Position numbers and translations under genes: made by a program
IMG/VR virus record: IMGVR_UViG_3300042013_000061
Location: 32,001-96,000 of that record
DNA length: 64,000 nucleotides
Direction: 5' to 3' (one strand)
From: a virus
Part shown: in pieces, positions 10,161 through 19,440 of the stretch
Position numbering within the stretch: the first letter of the stretch is position 1
Layout of the letters: every line of letters starts with the position of its first letter
Notes under the pieces: model-generated
Database searches by the model: none
What the model was told of the DNA's origin: nothing
What the model saw: only the letters and a program-made list of their open reading frames with translations

Positions 10161-10193
10161 AAAAAAGCCCGATGCAAAAAATCGCACCGAGCT
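10161..10193 (-). terminator. rho-independent terminator after the tail tube gene
   Basis: GCTCGGTGC/GCATCGGGC stem followed by T6 on the minus strand. Confidence 0.75.
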
Positions 10194-10205
10194 TCTTCGT
10201 TTTAT

Positions 10206-10712
10206 TTACCGACGTTCAACGTAGCCGTAGGCGAATTGCGCGTCTTGACGCAGAGCCTGACCACCCGAACCTTCGAATTGGTATTCGGAGATTTCGGTAG
10301 GGAACATTCGGTGAATATTCCACGATGCAGCTTCGGCGCCGGTTTGATCGTAAATGGTAAGAATTGCAGTACGCATGTACGAATCGGAGAAACCACCGGT
10401 TTGCGTTTGGGTTGCACGACCGACAGCCGCCCAGTCTTTGAGGGACTGGTAAGTACGGGCGTCGTAAATCTCGTGAAGTGCAACGGTCATTGTGTGGCTG
10501 AAAGTTTTACGGGCCGCGTAAATCAGTTTGTGGCCGAAAAGTTCAACTTCAACGGTTTGCAGAGTGGCGCCGGGGAGCGAAGCACCCAAGCATTGAATCC
10601 GCATTTGACGACCATCACCGCCGCCCGGAATATCCGTGAAAACAATGTCGAAGTTATCGTTCAACATCGGATCTGGCAAGCTGTAAGTTTCGTCCAACGT
10701 TACTTTAGGCAT
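10206..10712 (-). CDS. tail tube protein (gp19-like)
   Basis: Directly after the sheath; ASLPG, YDQTG..AASW..HRMFPTEIS and QFAY pattern. Confidence 0.8.
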   Translation of the reverse strand: MPKVTLDETYSLPDPMLNDNFDIVFTDIPGGGDGRQMRIQCLGASLPGATLQTVEVELFGHKLIYAARKTFSHTMTVALHEIYDARTYQSLKDWAAVGRATQTQTGGFSDSYMRTAILTIYDQTGAEAASWNIHRMFPTEISEYQFEGSGGQALRQDAQFAYGYVERR

Positions 10713-10730
10713 AAATCACCTCTGTTGGAA

Positions 10731-12320
10731 TTAAATTGTCGCTACGGCGGTAGACAGTTGCCCGGTTGCCGCGACGGTTGTGGTGAACAAAATGCGTTTC
10801 GAATAACGTTCCGGCTGAATCATGTAGACCAGCGCTACGTCACCGTTTGCAACTTGTGCAGCCGGGTTTGTGTCCTTGTCGCATTTGACTTCATACGCAT
10901 ACAAACCGCGTGCGTTCAAAATCGGTTTCAGAATTGCGTCTACAACGCCTTCCAATTGTTGCCACAGGTATTCGTCGTTTGGATCGAACAGGCCGACCAG
11001 CACGTCGTATTTCGCAGTGGTTTCAATCGTGTTAATCAGGCGGCGAACTGGAACATCCGACAGAGCCGATTTCTCAGCTTGCAGAGTTTGTGCGCCCCAA
11101 ACGCAGTAACCGTAACCTGCGAATTTCTGAATCATGTTGATCTGGTTTTGATCCAGAATGTTGCGATCATTCAGGGAGTATTTTTGACGCACTCCGCGAA
11201 TTTCTTTAATCACACCACGAACCACACCAGCAGGCGCCCACCACTCGGCCTTCATTGCGTCGGACTGTGCAAATACAGCAGCAACAGCACCGGAACAAGG
11301 CACGTAAATCTCTTGGTTTTCGTCTGTCAATTCCAGAATGTCAGAGCAGTACATCGCACCGAAACTGGTATTCGCATTGAGGACGTTACGACGGTAATCA
11401 ACAGCGCGTGCAACTGTTTGCATATCCGAAGGAATGTCGAGAATTGCAAAACAATCCCGGCGCTCTTCAGCGAGTTGCAGCATGCGTTGTTGCACACCAG
11501 TATCGGTATAACCGGCGTTAATCAAAACGCGAATTTCGTAATCGTCTTCGTTGTCGAACAAATCCCAGCCTTCGATGATATCGCCAGCATTCGACTTGCG
11601 ACCGTTATCACCAAAAGAAAGATCGACCTGCGCCACTGCGTTAATGAGGCGCGCTTTACCTTCCGAATTAATCCACGCTGGATTGGTTTCGTTGACCTTC
11701 GCACGAATGCGAGAATCAGCGGCCTTCAGTTGGTATTCAATGTTCAGTTGTTTATTCTGACCACTGACTTTATCGCGCAATGTGCCGCGATAGGTTTCGA
11801 CCGGGTTGCTGAAATTCGTTTCGAAAACTTGCAAAACAAACAGTTCGTTTTCAACGTCGTTAACGTCTGGATAAACCAGAACGCGAAGGTTGTTGTTCCA
11901 CGAGCCGGGGTTTGCGCCGTACAGGAAAAGGATTTCGTCGGGCAATTGATTGTGATCGGTTTCTGGTGCCAGATAACCGTTGGTTGCCGATTTCGCAGTG
12001 CAGAAACCATCAACTGTACGGAAAGACGCGGAACCATAATTCGCTTCAGTATCAACGCGAACAAACCACAAACGTTGTGCGGTATTCAGGAAACGTTCTG
12101 CGCAGAAATGCGCGTAGGTGAGAGACGCATCACGACGACCGAAAATCGACCGCCATTGTGCAACACCATTCGAGATTTCAGTTGGTACGCCAACCGGGCC
12201 ACGAACTGCATCACCTACCATTGCGCCCGTGCTGGGGTACGTGGACGATGCGGAAAAGGAATTATCCTGTTCACCACCATACACGCCCGCAGACGTATTG
12301 CTGCCATTTTGAAGGGGCAT
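10731..12320 (-). CDS. tail sheath protein 1
   Basis: SAGVY..E.D N-terminus; RGPV, RRDCFAILD, WWAPAG..RG, WGAQT and VRRL motifs. Confidence 0.93.
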   Translation of the reverse strand: MPLQNGSNTSAGVYGGEQDNSFSASSTYPSTGAMVGDAVRGPVGVPTEISNGVAQWRSIFGRRDASLTYAHFCAERFLNTAQRLWFVRVDTEANYGSASFRTVDGFCTAKSATNGYLAPETDHNQLPDEILFLYGANPGSWNNNLRVLVYPDVNDVENELFVLQVFETNFSNPVETYRGTLRDKVSGQNKQLNIEYQLKAADSRIRAKVNETNPAWINSEGKARLINAVAQVDLSFGDNGRKSNAGDIIEGWDLFDNEDDYEIRVLINAGYTDTGVQQRMLQLAEERRDCFAILDIPSDMQTVARAVDYRRNVLNANTSFGAMYCSDILELTDENQEIYVPCSGAVAAVFAQSDAMKAEWWAPAGVVRGVIKEIRGVRQKYSLNDRNILDQNQINMIQKFAGYGYCVWGAQTLQAEKSALSDVPVRRLINTIETTAKYDVLVGLFDPNDEYLWQQLEGVVDAILKPILNARGLYAYEVKCDKDTNPAAQVANGDVALVYMIQPERYSKRILFTTTVAATGQLSTAVATI

Positions 12321-12360
12321 GGTATTTTTCTCCAGTTATCTCCCACTCAATGGGATTACT

Positions 12361-12369
12361 TATAAATTA
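12361..12369 (-). promoter_or_regulatory. putative late promoter TAATTTATA (sheath 1)
   Basis: Recurrent intergenic motif; hairpin 12341..12355 follows. Confidence 0.6.
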
Positions 12370-13719
12370 CGCTTTTATTAACGTGCAGCGAACTGGCTTG
12401 TCTGCATAAAGCTTGATTGTTCCGGCAAAAGAACCATTCAAGAAAAAAGAACCATTAATCTTGAATGTTACCGGCGCGCTTTGTACGCCCGAATCGTCAG
12501 CAATTGCAGCTTCGCATTCTTCAGTCGGAGCCATAATCGTGTCGATGTTTTTGGTTACGATTAAACCGTTGCTTTCGTAACTCAATGTAAGCGGTTGGCC
12601 GGGCAGCGCAAGATTAACCAGCGCCGGAAGTGTAAGAGAAAAAAGCCCGGAATATTGATACGCCAATTCCATCGGAACGGAAGTGGAAATACCAGTTACG
12701 GCATTGGTGAATTTCATTGCTGCTGTTGCAGGCAGATTGTAATCCTGAATATTCACGGTGAACGGTTTAGCAACATCGGCAATTGCAACGGTGTCCATTA
12801 CAGGCACTACCGGAGCGGCGGCGATGGTTAGCGTTTTGGAAATATTCAGAACTTGTCCGTAAATATCTTTGCCCAAAACAACCACGGTTAATTCGTCGCC
12901 TTCTTGAACAGCAAACGAACTTTCAGTGTCTTCATACGCGAGTGCAATCGGTGTAAATGTCCCGATTACTTTTTCCAGCGATGTACCGGTGCGATTGTTG
13001 GTGACGGACAGCATCGTTCCGGCTGGATTCTTCACGCGCAGATTCAGGAAAGAATCAAACGGTGCAGACGTAGGCATTTCAATTGTGGTTTCTGCAAAAT
13101 CCAACGTCACCACAACATCCAAACTCACTTCACGCGACAGACCGTTGGCCGCGTATGCCTCTTCGTAACTGACGCGCAAAGTATCGTCTTTCTGGCAGTA
13201 GAGAACACCGTCGAAATCAACGCCTTTTGCATCATTGTTTTGCGTCTGGAAAAAACCAGTGTAAACGCCCTGACTTTCACGGTTGAGATTTGCCGTCTCA
13301 GTTTCGCCCGTGCGCAAGTTCATAACGTCTACGGAAATTGGTGCAGCGGTGTAAACGTCTTTATCCGTAACCCGCACAGAAATAAAGCGTCCCGCTTGTG
13401 TAGCGCCTACAGTTTCCAATGTCGCATCGAAATAGATTTGTTCGCTGCGCACTTCCGGTTCAGGGATGGAACCAAAGCTGGTAAATTCAGCAATGATTTC
13501 ATACGGACACTGAATCGAAACGAGATTGCTAACGTCTTTCATTGTGTAGGGATTATCTGGCCCCACGGTGATATCGGTTTGCGTCATTGACGCCTCAGTC
13601 ACTTTCGTAGCAACCGAGAAATTGCCTTGCCCTACGCGACGGACTTTATCCACAACAAAGTGTTTGATTTCCGTCACGACGGTTTTTGCGAGCGGTTTGT
13701 AAATATCGCGTACTTTCAT
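12367..13719 (-). CDS. virion structural protein with Ig-like repeats
   Basis: Beta-rich; VRVTDKD...GETET..L...GVYTG...DG.L...DDTLRVSY repeat unit; lies between head and tail genes. Confidence 0.6.
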   Translation of the reverse strand: MKVRDIYKPLAKTVVTEIKHFVVDKVRRVGQGNFSVATKVTEASMTQTDITVGPDNPYTMKDVSNLVSIQCPYEIIAEFTSFGSIPEPEVRSEQIYFDATLETVGATQAGRFISVRVTDKDVYTAAPISVDVMNLRTGETETANLNRESQGVYTGFFQTQNNDAKGVDFDGVLYCQKDDTLRVSYEEAYAANGLSREVSLDVVVTLDFAETTIEMPTSAPFDSFLNLRVKNPAGTMLSVTNNRTGTSLEKVIGTFTPIALAYEDTESSFAVQEGDELTVVVLGKDIYGQVLNISKTLTIAAAPVVPVMDTVAIADVAKPFTVNIQDYNLPATAAMKFTNAVTGISTSVPMELAYQYSGLFSLTLPALVNLALPGQPLTLSYESNGLIVTKNIDTIMAPTEECEAAIADDSGVQSAPVTFKINGSFFLNGSFAGTIKLYADKPVRCTLIKA

Positions 13720-14438
13720 GAGTGATCCGCCGTCTGGATTTCGGTGTATTCTTCGTCAGTAATAGCACCGTCTGGAGTAACGATGATGGCACCCATTTCG
13801 AAAATGCCCAAGTTATTAACCTTGGCGACTTCCTTACTAACGCCCGTCCACGTGTTCGACGTAAACGCAATTTGAATATCGAAACCTTCAGGATCGTTTT
13901 CAGCATCTTTATCAGCACGCGGAATCGTGATTTCTTTTGTGTCGGCTTTGATATCCACAAACGACGAAACAGCATCACTCGTTACCCGGATGTTCATCGA
14001 CTTCGCGTCAGTGAGGATCAGGGCTTGTGAAATAAAACGAATTACGTCTGTGTAATCGTTCGTCACGTAATGGAATTCGTAACGCAACGTAATGGGAAAC
14101 ATGTAGTGCTTTGTAATCGTGCTGTTTTTATCGGATAACGACATACCCGCACTGTGCCGACGAATCGTAGGCGACAGCAAATGATTCTCTGCGTTCCCGA
14201 TGGAAGTAAAACTGATATACGCATAGGGATACGTTGGCTCAAACTGACCGCGCAGCATTTGCTTCACATCGTTGTTGTGAACAAACGGCAACTCTTTCAC
14301 TTTGAAGAAATTCTTAAACGCTTTTCGAATGCCGTGAAAGCTTGCATACAAGTGCGTTTGTTTGAATGCTTGATTGCCTAACAAATCTTTTCTGCGCATT
14401 TCCTCCCGCATGTCTTGCTTAGCTTTCGTTTCTGACAT
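13716..14438 (-). CDS. putative tail terminator / neck protein
   Basis: 240 aa between capsid and sheath; YPYAYISF and PITLRYEFHY pattern; inferred. Confidence 0.4.
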   Translation of the reverse strand: MSETKAKQDMREEMRRKDLLGNQAFKQTHLYASFHGIRKAFKNFFKVKELPFVHNNDVKQMLRGQFEPTYPYAYISFTSIGNAENHLLSPTIRRHSAGMSLSDKNSTITKHYMFPITLRYEFHYVTNDYTDVIRFISQALILTDAKSMNIRVTSDAVSSFVDIKADTKEITIPRADKDAENDPEGFDIQIAFTSNTWTGVSKEVAKVNNLGIFEMGAIIVTPDGAITDEEYTEIQTADHS

Positions 14439-14457
14439 TTTCCACGCTCCACAAACG

Positions 14458-14493
14458 AAAAAAGGCCGATGCGATTTCTCACAGCGGCCTTTT
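14458..14493 (-). terminator. rho-independent terminator
   Basis: AAAGGCCG/CGGCCTTT stem plus T-run on the minus strand. Confidence 0.75.
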
Positions 14494-14495
14494 CG

Positions 14496-15020
14496 TTAAA
14501 GCTTGATCGTTACACGGCCCGGCTGTAGCGGTACGCTTACTTCAGGGATTTTACGCACCAACGATTCATCGTCGTAGGGTTCAAGATCAACCGAAGCAAT
14601 TGCCAATAGATTAGGATCGACAATAATGGATTCGCCGTCTTCCAGAAAACGCTTGTGCGAATGAATCGCGCTGGCAATCGAAATGATTTTTCCGAGTGCA
14701 ACATTGTCATTCCCGTGAAGAGAAGGACTCCAAGTATTTTCCGATGGAGACGTGCCGCCTTGATTAGTGCTCGGCATCATTACGTTAACGTCGTCAACGT
14801 AAGAATTAAATCCATCCATACCGTCACCGTCCGCACCGCTTGCCTCATTGCAGCCTACTTGCGCAGGCCCACAACTTTGTAAAGCAGGTTGCAACGAACT
14901 GTTCAAAACGTTGGAAAATTCATCACAGTTGCAAGCCTGTTCAAGCACTTGCAAGGCCAATTCTTTTCTTCCGTTTTTGCAGCACAATGCCGCGAGGGTA
15001 AACAGTGCCTGAATATCCAT
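14496..15020 (-). CDS. hypothetical protein, probably head-associated
   Basis: 174 aa; strong AGGAG RBS; directly after the capsid gene; contains ISIAS and AIAS. Confidence 0.7.
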   Translation of the reverse strand: MDIQALFTLAALCCKNGRKELALQVLEQACNCDEFSNVLNSSLQPALQSCGPAQVGCNEASGADGDGMDGFNSYVDDVNVMMPSTNQGGTSPSENTWSPSLHGNDNVALGKIISIASAIHSHKRFLEDGESIIVDPNLLAIASVDLEPYDDESLVRKIPEVSVPLQPGRVTIKL

Positions 15021-15087
15021 AACTTTCTCCTTTGTTTCTAATCGCGGTAAAAAGGGGCGCTCCTAATTACCGCGACCGGAGATTGTC

Positions 15088-16173
15088 TTAGACCAGACGC
15101 TTACCTTTGGCGATAGAACGGTTGTTCGCGAGTACAAACGAGAACATTTCGCTCAGCAACCAGCCTTTCGAAGTGGAACCTTCGTAGGCGCCGTCAACCG
15201 GAGTCGAACGGATGCCGCCACGGGTGGAGTATGCAGCGTGGTTTTGTGCATCGGAGACGATGTAAATTTCGCCTTTTTCCAGAACCTTTTGGTTCGGCTG
15301 ACGGAATGCGTCAGTAACCAGATTCAGACCGACCAGAGTACCGAGTTGACCATTCAGGGCCAGATCGTATTTGGTAATCGGATCGAGGAAAGTTGCGAAA
15401 TCGTTCGAACCGATAATGTCCGACCAGTAATCGTTCGCGATGATTGCGGTAGTTGCTGGCAGGTTCCATTGAGCAACGGCTTGACGCAGTTTACCCAAGT
15501 TTTTCGTGGTCAGTTCGCCAGCGATGTATTCCAGCGGGTTCATCATGCCGACGGTGGCGTCAGCAGCTTTTTTCCACAGGCGGTCTTCTTGAACCATGAT
15601 GGCTTGCAGCGCATCATTGTAAGCGTGTTCCAGCAGGTCGCCGTTTACTTGTTCCATGTCCAGAGCGGAAACACGAACGTTCGCGATGATTTCGAATTCC
15701 GCAGGTTGGAAAGTGCGGTTACGAATTTGCTGATAACCAACACCAGCAGGGCCGGTGGCGATTACAGCCATTGCATCGTGCGGAGGCATTGGAACGCGTT
15801 GAACTTCGCCGGTGCGCAGGGTATTGCCTACGGAAACTTTACGCAGGAAACCGTCGCGGTCTGCCTGTTCGTAAACTTGTTGTGCGATGTTCGCGCCCAG
15901 TGCTTTCCAGTTGGCGTCGGACGAAAGAGCGTCAGCCAGAATTTCGCGATGCGAAGCGATAACTTCCGGTTGTTTTTCTTGAACGATGGTGCCCGAAGCA
16001 AACGCTTCCATGAACAGACCGACTTGGCGAGCCAAATCTTTTTTGTCATGGGCGTTGAATTCGCCGGTCGTGGAACTCAGAGCAAGTTCCTGACCTTTTT
16101 TGTAGCGCAGTTCTTCGAGCGGGTTGCCGTTGGCCAGAACCATACGAGCGTTTTTGAATTGTTTAGCAGACAT
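15088..16173 (-). CDS. major capsid protein (HK97 fold)
   Basis: 361 aa; strongly biased codons; QAIMVQEDR..., GQLGTLVG..LVTDAFR and GEIYIV pattern; follows the scaffold and decoration genes. Confidence 0.8.
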   Translation of the reverse strand: MSAKQFKNARMVLANGNPLEELRYKKGQELALSSTTGEFNAHDKKDLARQVGLFMEAFASGTIVQEKQPEVIASHREILADALSSDANWKALGANIAQQVYEQADRDGFLRKVSVGNTLRTGEVQRVPMPPHDAMAVIATGPAGVGYQQIRNRTFQPAEFEIIANVRVSALDMEQVNGDLLEHAYNDALQAIMVQEDRLWKKAADATVGMMNPLEYIAGELTTKNLGKLRQAVAQWNLPATTAIIANDYWSDIIGSNDFATFLDPITKYDLALNGQLGTLVGLNLVTDAFRQPNQKVLEKGEIYIVSDAQNHAAYSTRGGIRSTPVDGAYEGSTSKGWLLSEMFSFVLANNRSIAKGKRLV

Positions 16174-16220
16174 GGGTAAATCTCCAGAATTGTTCTCGAT
16201 TTTTTCTTTTAATCGAAAGA

Positions 16221-16958
16221 TTAGGCGTTGGTTACTTTAACAACCAGCGGGCCGTAGGAAGCAGCGTCAGCAACAGGGGTCTGCATGACGATGACGTTTT
16301 CCAACAGAGTACCGGTGCCCGAAGCAGTCAGACGACCATCAACACCCAGTTTCGGGTGAATCACAGCAGCCCAATCGGAACTGGCGTCGTAGAAAGTGGT
16401 AGCCAACGATTCAGCGCGAGTGGTAACGCCGATGCGTTCTTGTTCGGTCGAAGCCAAGCCGCCGATTTGCAGATCGCCCAGTACGGTGCGAGCTTCGGAA
16501 ACGGTTGGTTCGTACATGAATTGAACGAACAATTCTTTACCGTTGTCACCGGCAACAGCCGGGTTTGCGCCTTCGGCTGGAGTGCCGAGGAAGAAATACA
16601 GTTTGGTGCCGACCAGTTGCACGTTGCCTTCGGTTGGAGCGTTGGCAGTAATCGACAGAGTGTCGCCGCCAACTTGAACCAGAATTTGACCGGTGATTGG
16701 CTGGCGAGCCAGATCAACAACGCCGCTTTCTGGAACAACAACGCCGGAAACGATTTTCGGCAGGAAAGAAGGCGGGGAATTTCGGTTCAGTGCGAAACCG
16801 GCGAAGATTTCACCGTTGGCACCAGTCGAAGGACGAACATACGAACGACCATTTACTTTCGACCAAACCAGAGCAACGCCTTCTTCTTGAATGACGATAC
16901 CCGGCTCTACGTCGCGGTGTTCAGTGTTGAAAGTACGAGTGTATTTTTGAACGAGCAT
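16221..16958 (-). CDS. putative capsid decoration / structural protein
   Basis: 245 aa, beta/Gly-rich; directly upstream of the MCP; high-expression codon bias. Confidence 0.6.
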   Translation of the reverse strand: MLVQKYTRTFNTEHRDVEPGIVIQEEGVALVWSKVNGRSYVRPSTGANGEIFAGFALNRNSPPSFLPKIVSGVVVPESGVVDLARQPITGQILVQVGGDTLSITANAPTEGNVQLVGTKLYFFLGTPAEGANPAVAGDNGKELFVQFMYEPTVSEARTVLGDLQIGGLASTEQERIGVTTRAESLATTFYDASSDWAAVIHPKLGVDGRLTASGTGTLLENVIVMQTPVADAASYGPLVVKVTNA

Positions 16959-16973
16959 GGAATTTCTCCAATT

Positions 16974-18872
16974 TTAATTGAATTTCAGACCGGCGAGTTT
17001 GGTCTGGAAAGAAGAAGGTTCGGCAGACTGTGCGGACGCAGTAGCTTCGAAACCTTGTGGCTTTTGTTGCACTTGTTGCGGACGTTCAACAGGGCGACCA
17101 ACGCTCAGCGAAGAAGCGGTGGCAACGTTCACTGGCTCAACGTCCATAACAGCTTGGGCCAGTTGGTTTTGCACAGTCAGATCGTATTTCAGAATTTCGC
17201 TGGCTTTTGCAATGATTTGTTTGTTGTAAGCATCGGAATGCTCACCGAACGCACGTTGCAGAAGTTCATCGCCGCCTTCGATGCCGAGGTCTTCAAGCGT
17301 CGAAGCAATGGCGATACGAATTGGGTTTTTCAGGTCTTTGAAGAAACCGCCGTTAACGCCTTGTGCGGCGGTAGCGAGTGCAGCTTCGAAACGACCGGCG
17401 TATTCGTTACCGTCACGCGAAGCAGCTTCTGCAATATTTGCAGTTTGTTCGCTAACTTGAGTGGCGATACTTGCAGCCACAACAGCGTCAACCGAAACAA
17501 CCGGTTTAATTTCTTCGAAACGCAGTTGTTCCATTGCAGCAGGCACACCCTGTTCGGATGCGATTGCTTTAAATGCGCGACCAAAATGCGCATCGGCAAA
17601 AGTAGCTGGATTTTCAGCAGCAGAAGCGATTGCTTTTGCGAACGGAATACCGTTGTTGAATGCCAGCCAAGTAGGCTCGCCCGCGATAGTGCCAGCGAAG
17701 GCAACTTCAACGTCTTTCATGTCGTTCGAAGCAATGGCAACGAAAGAAGCAGTGATTTCCACTTTTTCTGGCTCCACGGCAGCGGCGGCAGCAGTAGCCA
17801 CTTCTGGTTTTTCCTGAGAACCGATTTCTGCATTTTGTTCGCCAGTAGCGACAGCAGAAGCGGTAGCAACTTCAGGGGTTTTTGCGACTTTTTGTTTGCG
17901 ACGAACGCCACCTTTTTTCTTGGTGTCAGAAGCGAGCGAAAGCGACAAATCTTCATCGTCGTCTTCTTCATCTTCTTCCTCTTCCTCTTCGGTGTCGTCG
18001 TCTTCCTCTTCCTCTTCTTCGTCTTCCTCTTCGTCTTCGGTGTCGTCTTCTTCCTCTTCTTCCTCTTCGAAATCATCGTCGGAGAAATCATCGGAAGCAA
18101 CTGCTTTTTCCTGTTCCGACATTACGTCAGAAGGATCAATCAGACCGCTCGAAGTTGCAGGGCAGAAAATCGGAGAAGCATCACTGCAAACAATGTGCAG
18201 TTGACCGTTTTCTTCGGTGGAAGCGGCAGTAGTCAGGTAATGTGCTTTTACTTGACCATTTTCCGATGCAACAGCAATTTGCGGAACGTATTCAGCAACT
18301 GCGGTGGCTTCGGTGCCTTTGTAAATGTCGAAATTCAGTGGCTGGTTAGAAATAACCATCACATCATCGCATTGTGCGGCGAAGGTTTCGCACGCGCCGG
18401 TAGCCAGTGCGCGATAGGCTTGTGCAGCACCTTTACGCGAACTTGCAACAGCGAGCAGAATTTCCTTAACCGGTTTGGTTTGATTGGTTTTCAAGTCGGT
18501 GTCTTCCATTTGTGGTAACGCGGAAGCGCAGGACGGGCAATTTTGCAGAAGCTCTTCGCTATCCGCAAACACGTGAGAACCGCAACCCGAAGCACAAGCT
18601 TGATAAAACGCGTCCAAATCGCCATCGGCGGAAGCGGTCGCAACCATTTCGTGTTTTTCGTCTTCTGGAACAGCGACCATTTCTTCCCCATTAAGAGGAT
18701 TCAAAAGCTGCATGCCAACAGTTTGTGCAGTAGCAATAGCGAATTCGCCATCTTTACTTTCCAATACCTGATAGCTACCAGAAGCAACGGCACGGAAATG
18801 ATCCATTGCTTGTTCTTGAGTGTCGGCTGCCACGACGATCCCACGTAGGCGCGAGGTTCGTTTAATAGACAT
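16974..18872 (-). CDS. putative prohead scaffold/core protein
   Basis: 632 aa, Ala-rich, with a long Asp/Glu tract; lies between protease and MCP; start moved to MSIKR (GGAG RBS). Confidence 0.6.
   Translation of the reverse strand: MSIKRTSRLRGIVVAADTQEQAMDHFRAVASGSYQVLESKDGEFAIATAQTVGMQLLNPLNGEEMVAVPEDEKHEMVATASADGDLDAFYQACASGCGSHVFADSEELLQNCPSCASALPQMEDTDLKTNQTKPVKEILLAVASSRKGAAQAYRALATGACETFAAQCDDVMVISNQPLNFDIYKGTEATAVAEYVPQIAVASENGQVKAHYLTTAASTEENGQLHIVCSDASPIFCPATSSGLIDPSDVMSEQEKAVASDDFSDDDFEEEEEEEDDTEDEEEDEEEEEEDDDTEEEEEEDEEDDDEDLSLSLASDTKKKGGVRRKQKVAKTPEVATASAVATGEQNAEIGSQEKPEVATAAAAAVEPEKVEITASFVAIASNDMKDVEVAFAGTIAGEPTWLAFNNGIPFAKAIASAAENPATFADAHFGRAFKAIASEQGVPAAMEQLRFEEIKPVVSVDAVVAASIATQVSEQTANIAEAASRDGNEYAGRFEAALATAAQGVNGGFFKDLKNPIRIAIASTLEDLGIEGGDELLQRAFGEHSDAYNKQIIAKASEILKYDLTVQNQLAQAVMDVEPVNVATASSLSVGRPVERPQQVQQKPQGFEATASAQSAEPSSFQTKLAGLKFN
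17950..18090 (-). repeat. low-complexity GAA/GAG/GAC tract encoding poly-Asp/Glu
   Basis: DDFSDDDFEEEEEEEDDTEDEEEDEEEEEEDDDTEEEEEEDEEDDDED. Confidence 0.9.
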
Positions 18873-18910
18873 GGTTAGCTCCCATAAGAGGCGTGGAATC
18901 AAACCCACAT

Positions 18911-18920
18911 TAAAAAATTA
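18911..18920 (-). promoter_or_regulatory. putative late promoter TAATTTTTT (scaffold-capsid operon)
   Basis: Variant motif 48 nt upstream of the scaffold ATG, followed by a GTGG/CCAC hairpin. Confidence 0.5.
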
Positions 18921-18933
18921 ACAAAAACAGTTT

Positions 18934-19296
18934 TTAGATCAGTTTCAGAACGAAGCCGCGAACCTTTCGGCAAATGGCTTGGACACTGGAGTGAACCGTA
19001 CTGCCTTCATAGTTGATTACTTCGCCATTAATGTTTGTTTCACCTCTATATTGCCAATCGTTTTCGCCACGAACAAAGGCAATATATCCGGTGCCCATAT
19101 CTGAAACGAAATCAATCTGTGCGCTATGGTGAGGCTTGCCCGCTCCAACGTGATCGTATTCAATCTCGTATTTAAGCATTCCCTTTCGAATCTCGGGAAT
19201 GTCGGAAATGTGTGACTTCAGATTGCGTAAATCAAAGCTTTGCGGCAGGTGCATACTGGTTAATGGCGAGGCTGCTAAAGCAATTTGAACATCCAT
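18934..19296 (-). CDS. hypothetical protein, possibly virion-associated
   Basis: 120 aa; AGGAG RBS; own TAATTTATA motif; N-terminal IALA. Confidence 0.75.
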   Translation of the reverse strand: MDVQIALAASPLTSMHLPQSFDLRNLKSHISDIPEIRKGMLKYEIEYDHVGAGKPHHSAQIDFVSDMGTGYIAFVRGENDWQYRGETNINGEVINYEGSTVHSSVQAICRKVRGFVLKLI

Positions 19297-19320
19297 ATAG
19301 CAGACTCCTAAACGCTACAG

Positions 19321-19330
19321 TTATAAATTA
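19321..19330 (-). promoter_or_regulatory. putative late promoter TAATTTATA
   Basis: Recurrent motif, 34 nt upstream of ATG 19296. Confidence 0.55.
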
Positions 19331-19351
19331 GCCCAAACAGAAATGCGGGCC

Positions 19352-19391
19352 AAAAAAAAGCCCTAACCGGCGGGGGAACCGGGAAGGGCTT
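19352..19391 (-). terminator. rho-independent terminator
   Basis: AAGCCCT..CCGG/CCGG..AGGGCTT stem followed by T8. Confidence 0.8.
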
Positions 19392-19438
19392 AAAGTGGTA
19401 AAACACATATGGAGCGAATCAGCCTACCCTAGTAAGCT
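19352..19438 (-). ncRNA. candidate small RNA (~87 nt)
   Basis: Promoter motif at 19441..19450, 5' hairpin, pyrimidine-rich linker and terminator; no RBS-led ORF. Confidence 0.4.
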
Positions 19439-19440
19439 AA

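Noticed and set aside
12361-12369. TATAAAT on the plus strand as a T4 late promoter
   Set aside because: Wrong orientation for the genes; only the AAATTA part is conserved, and the hairpins lie on the minus-strand downstream side
17896-18204. Poly-Ser plus-strand ORF
   Set aside because: Antisense of the poly-Asp/Glu tract
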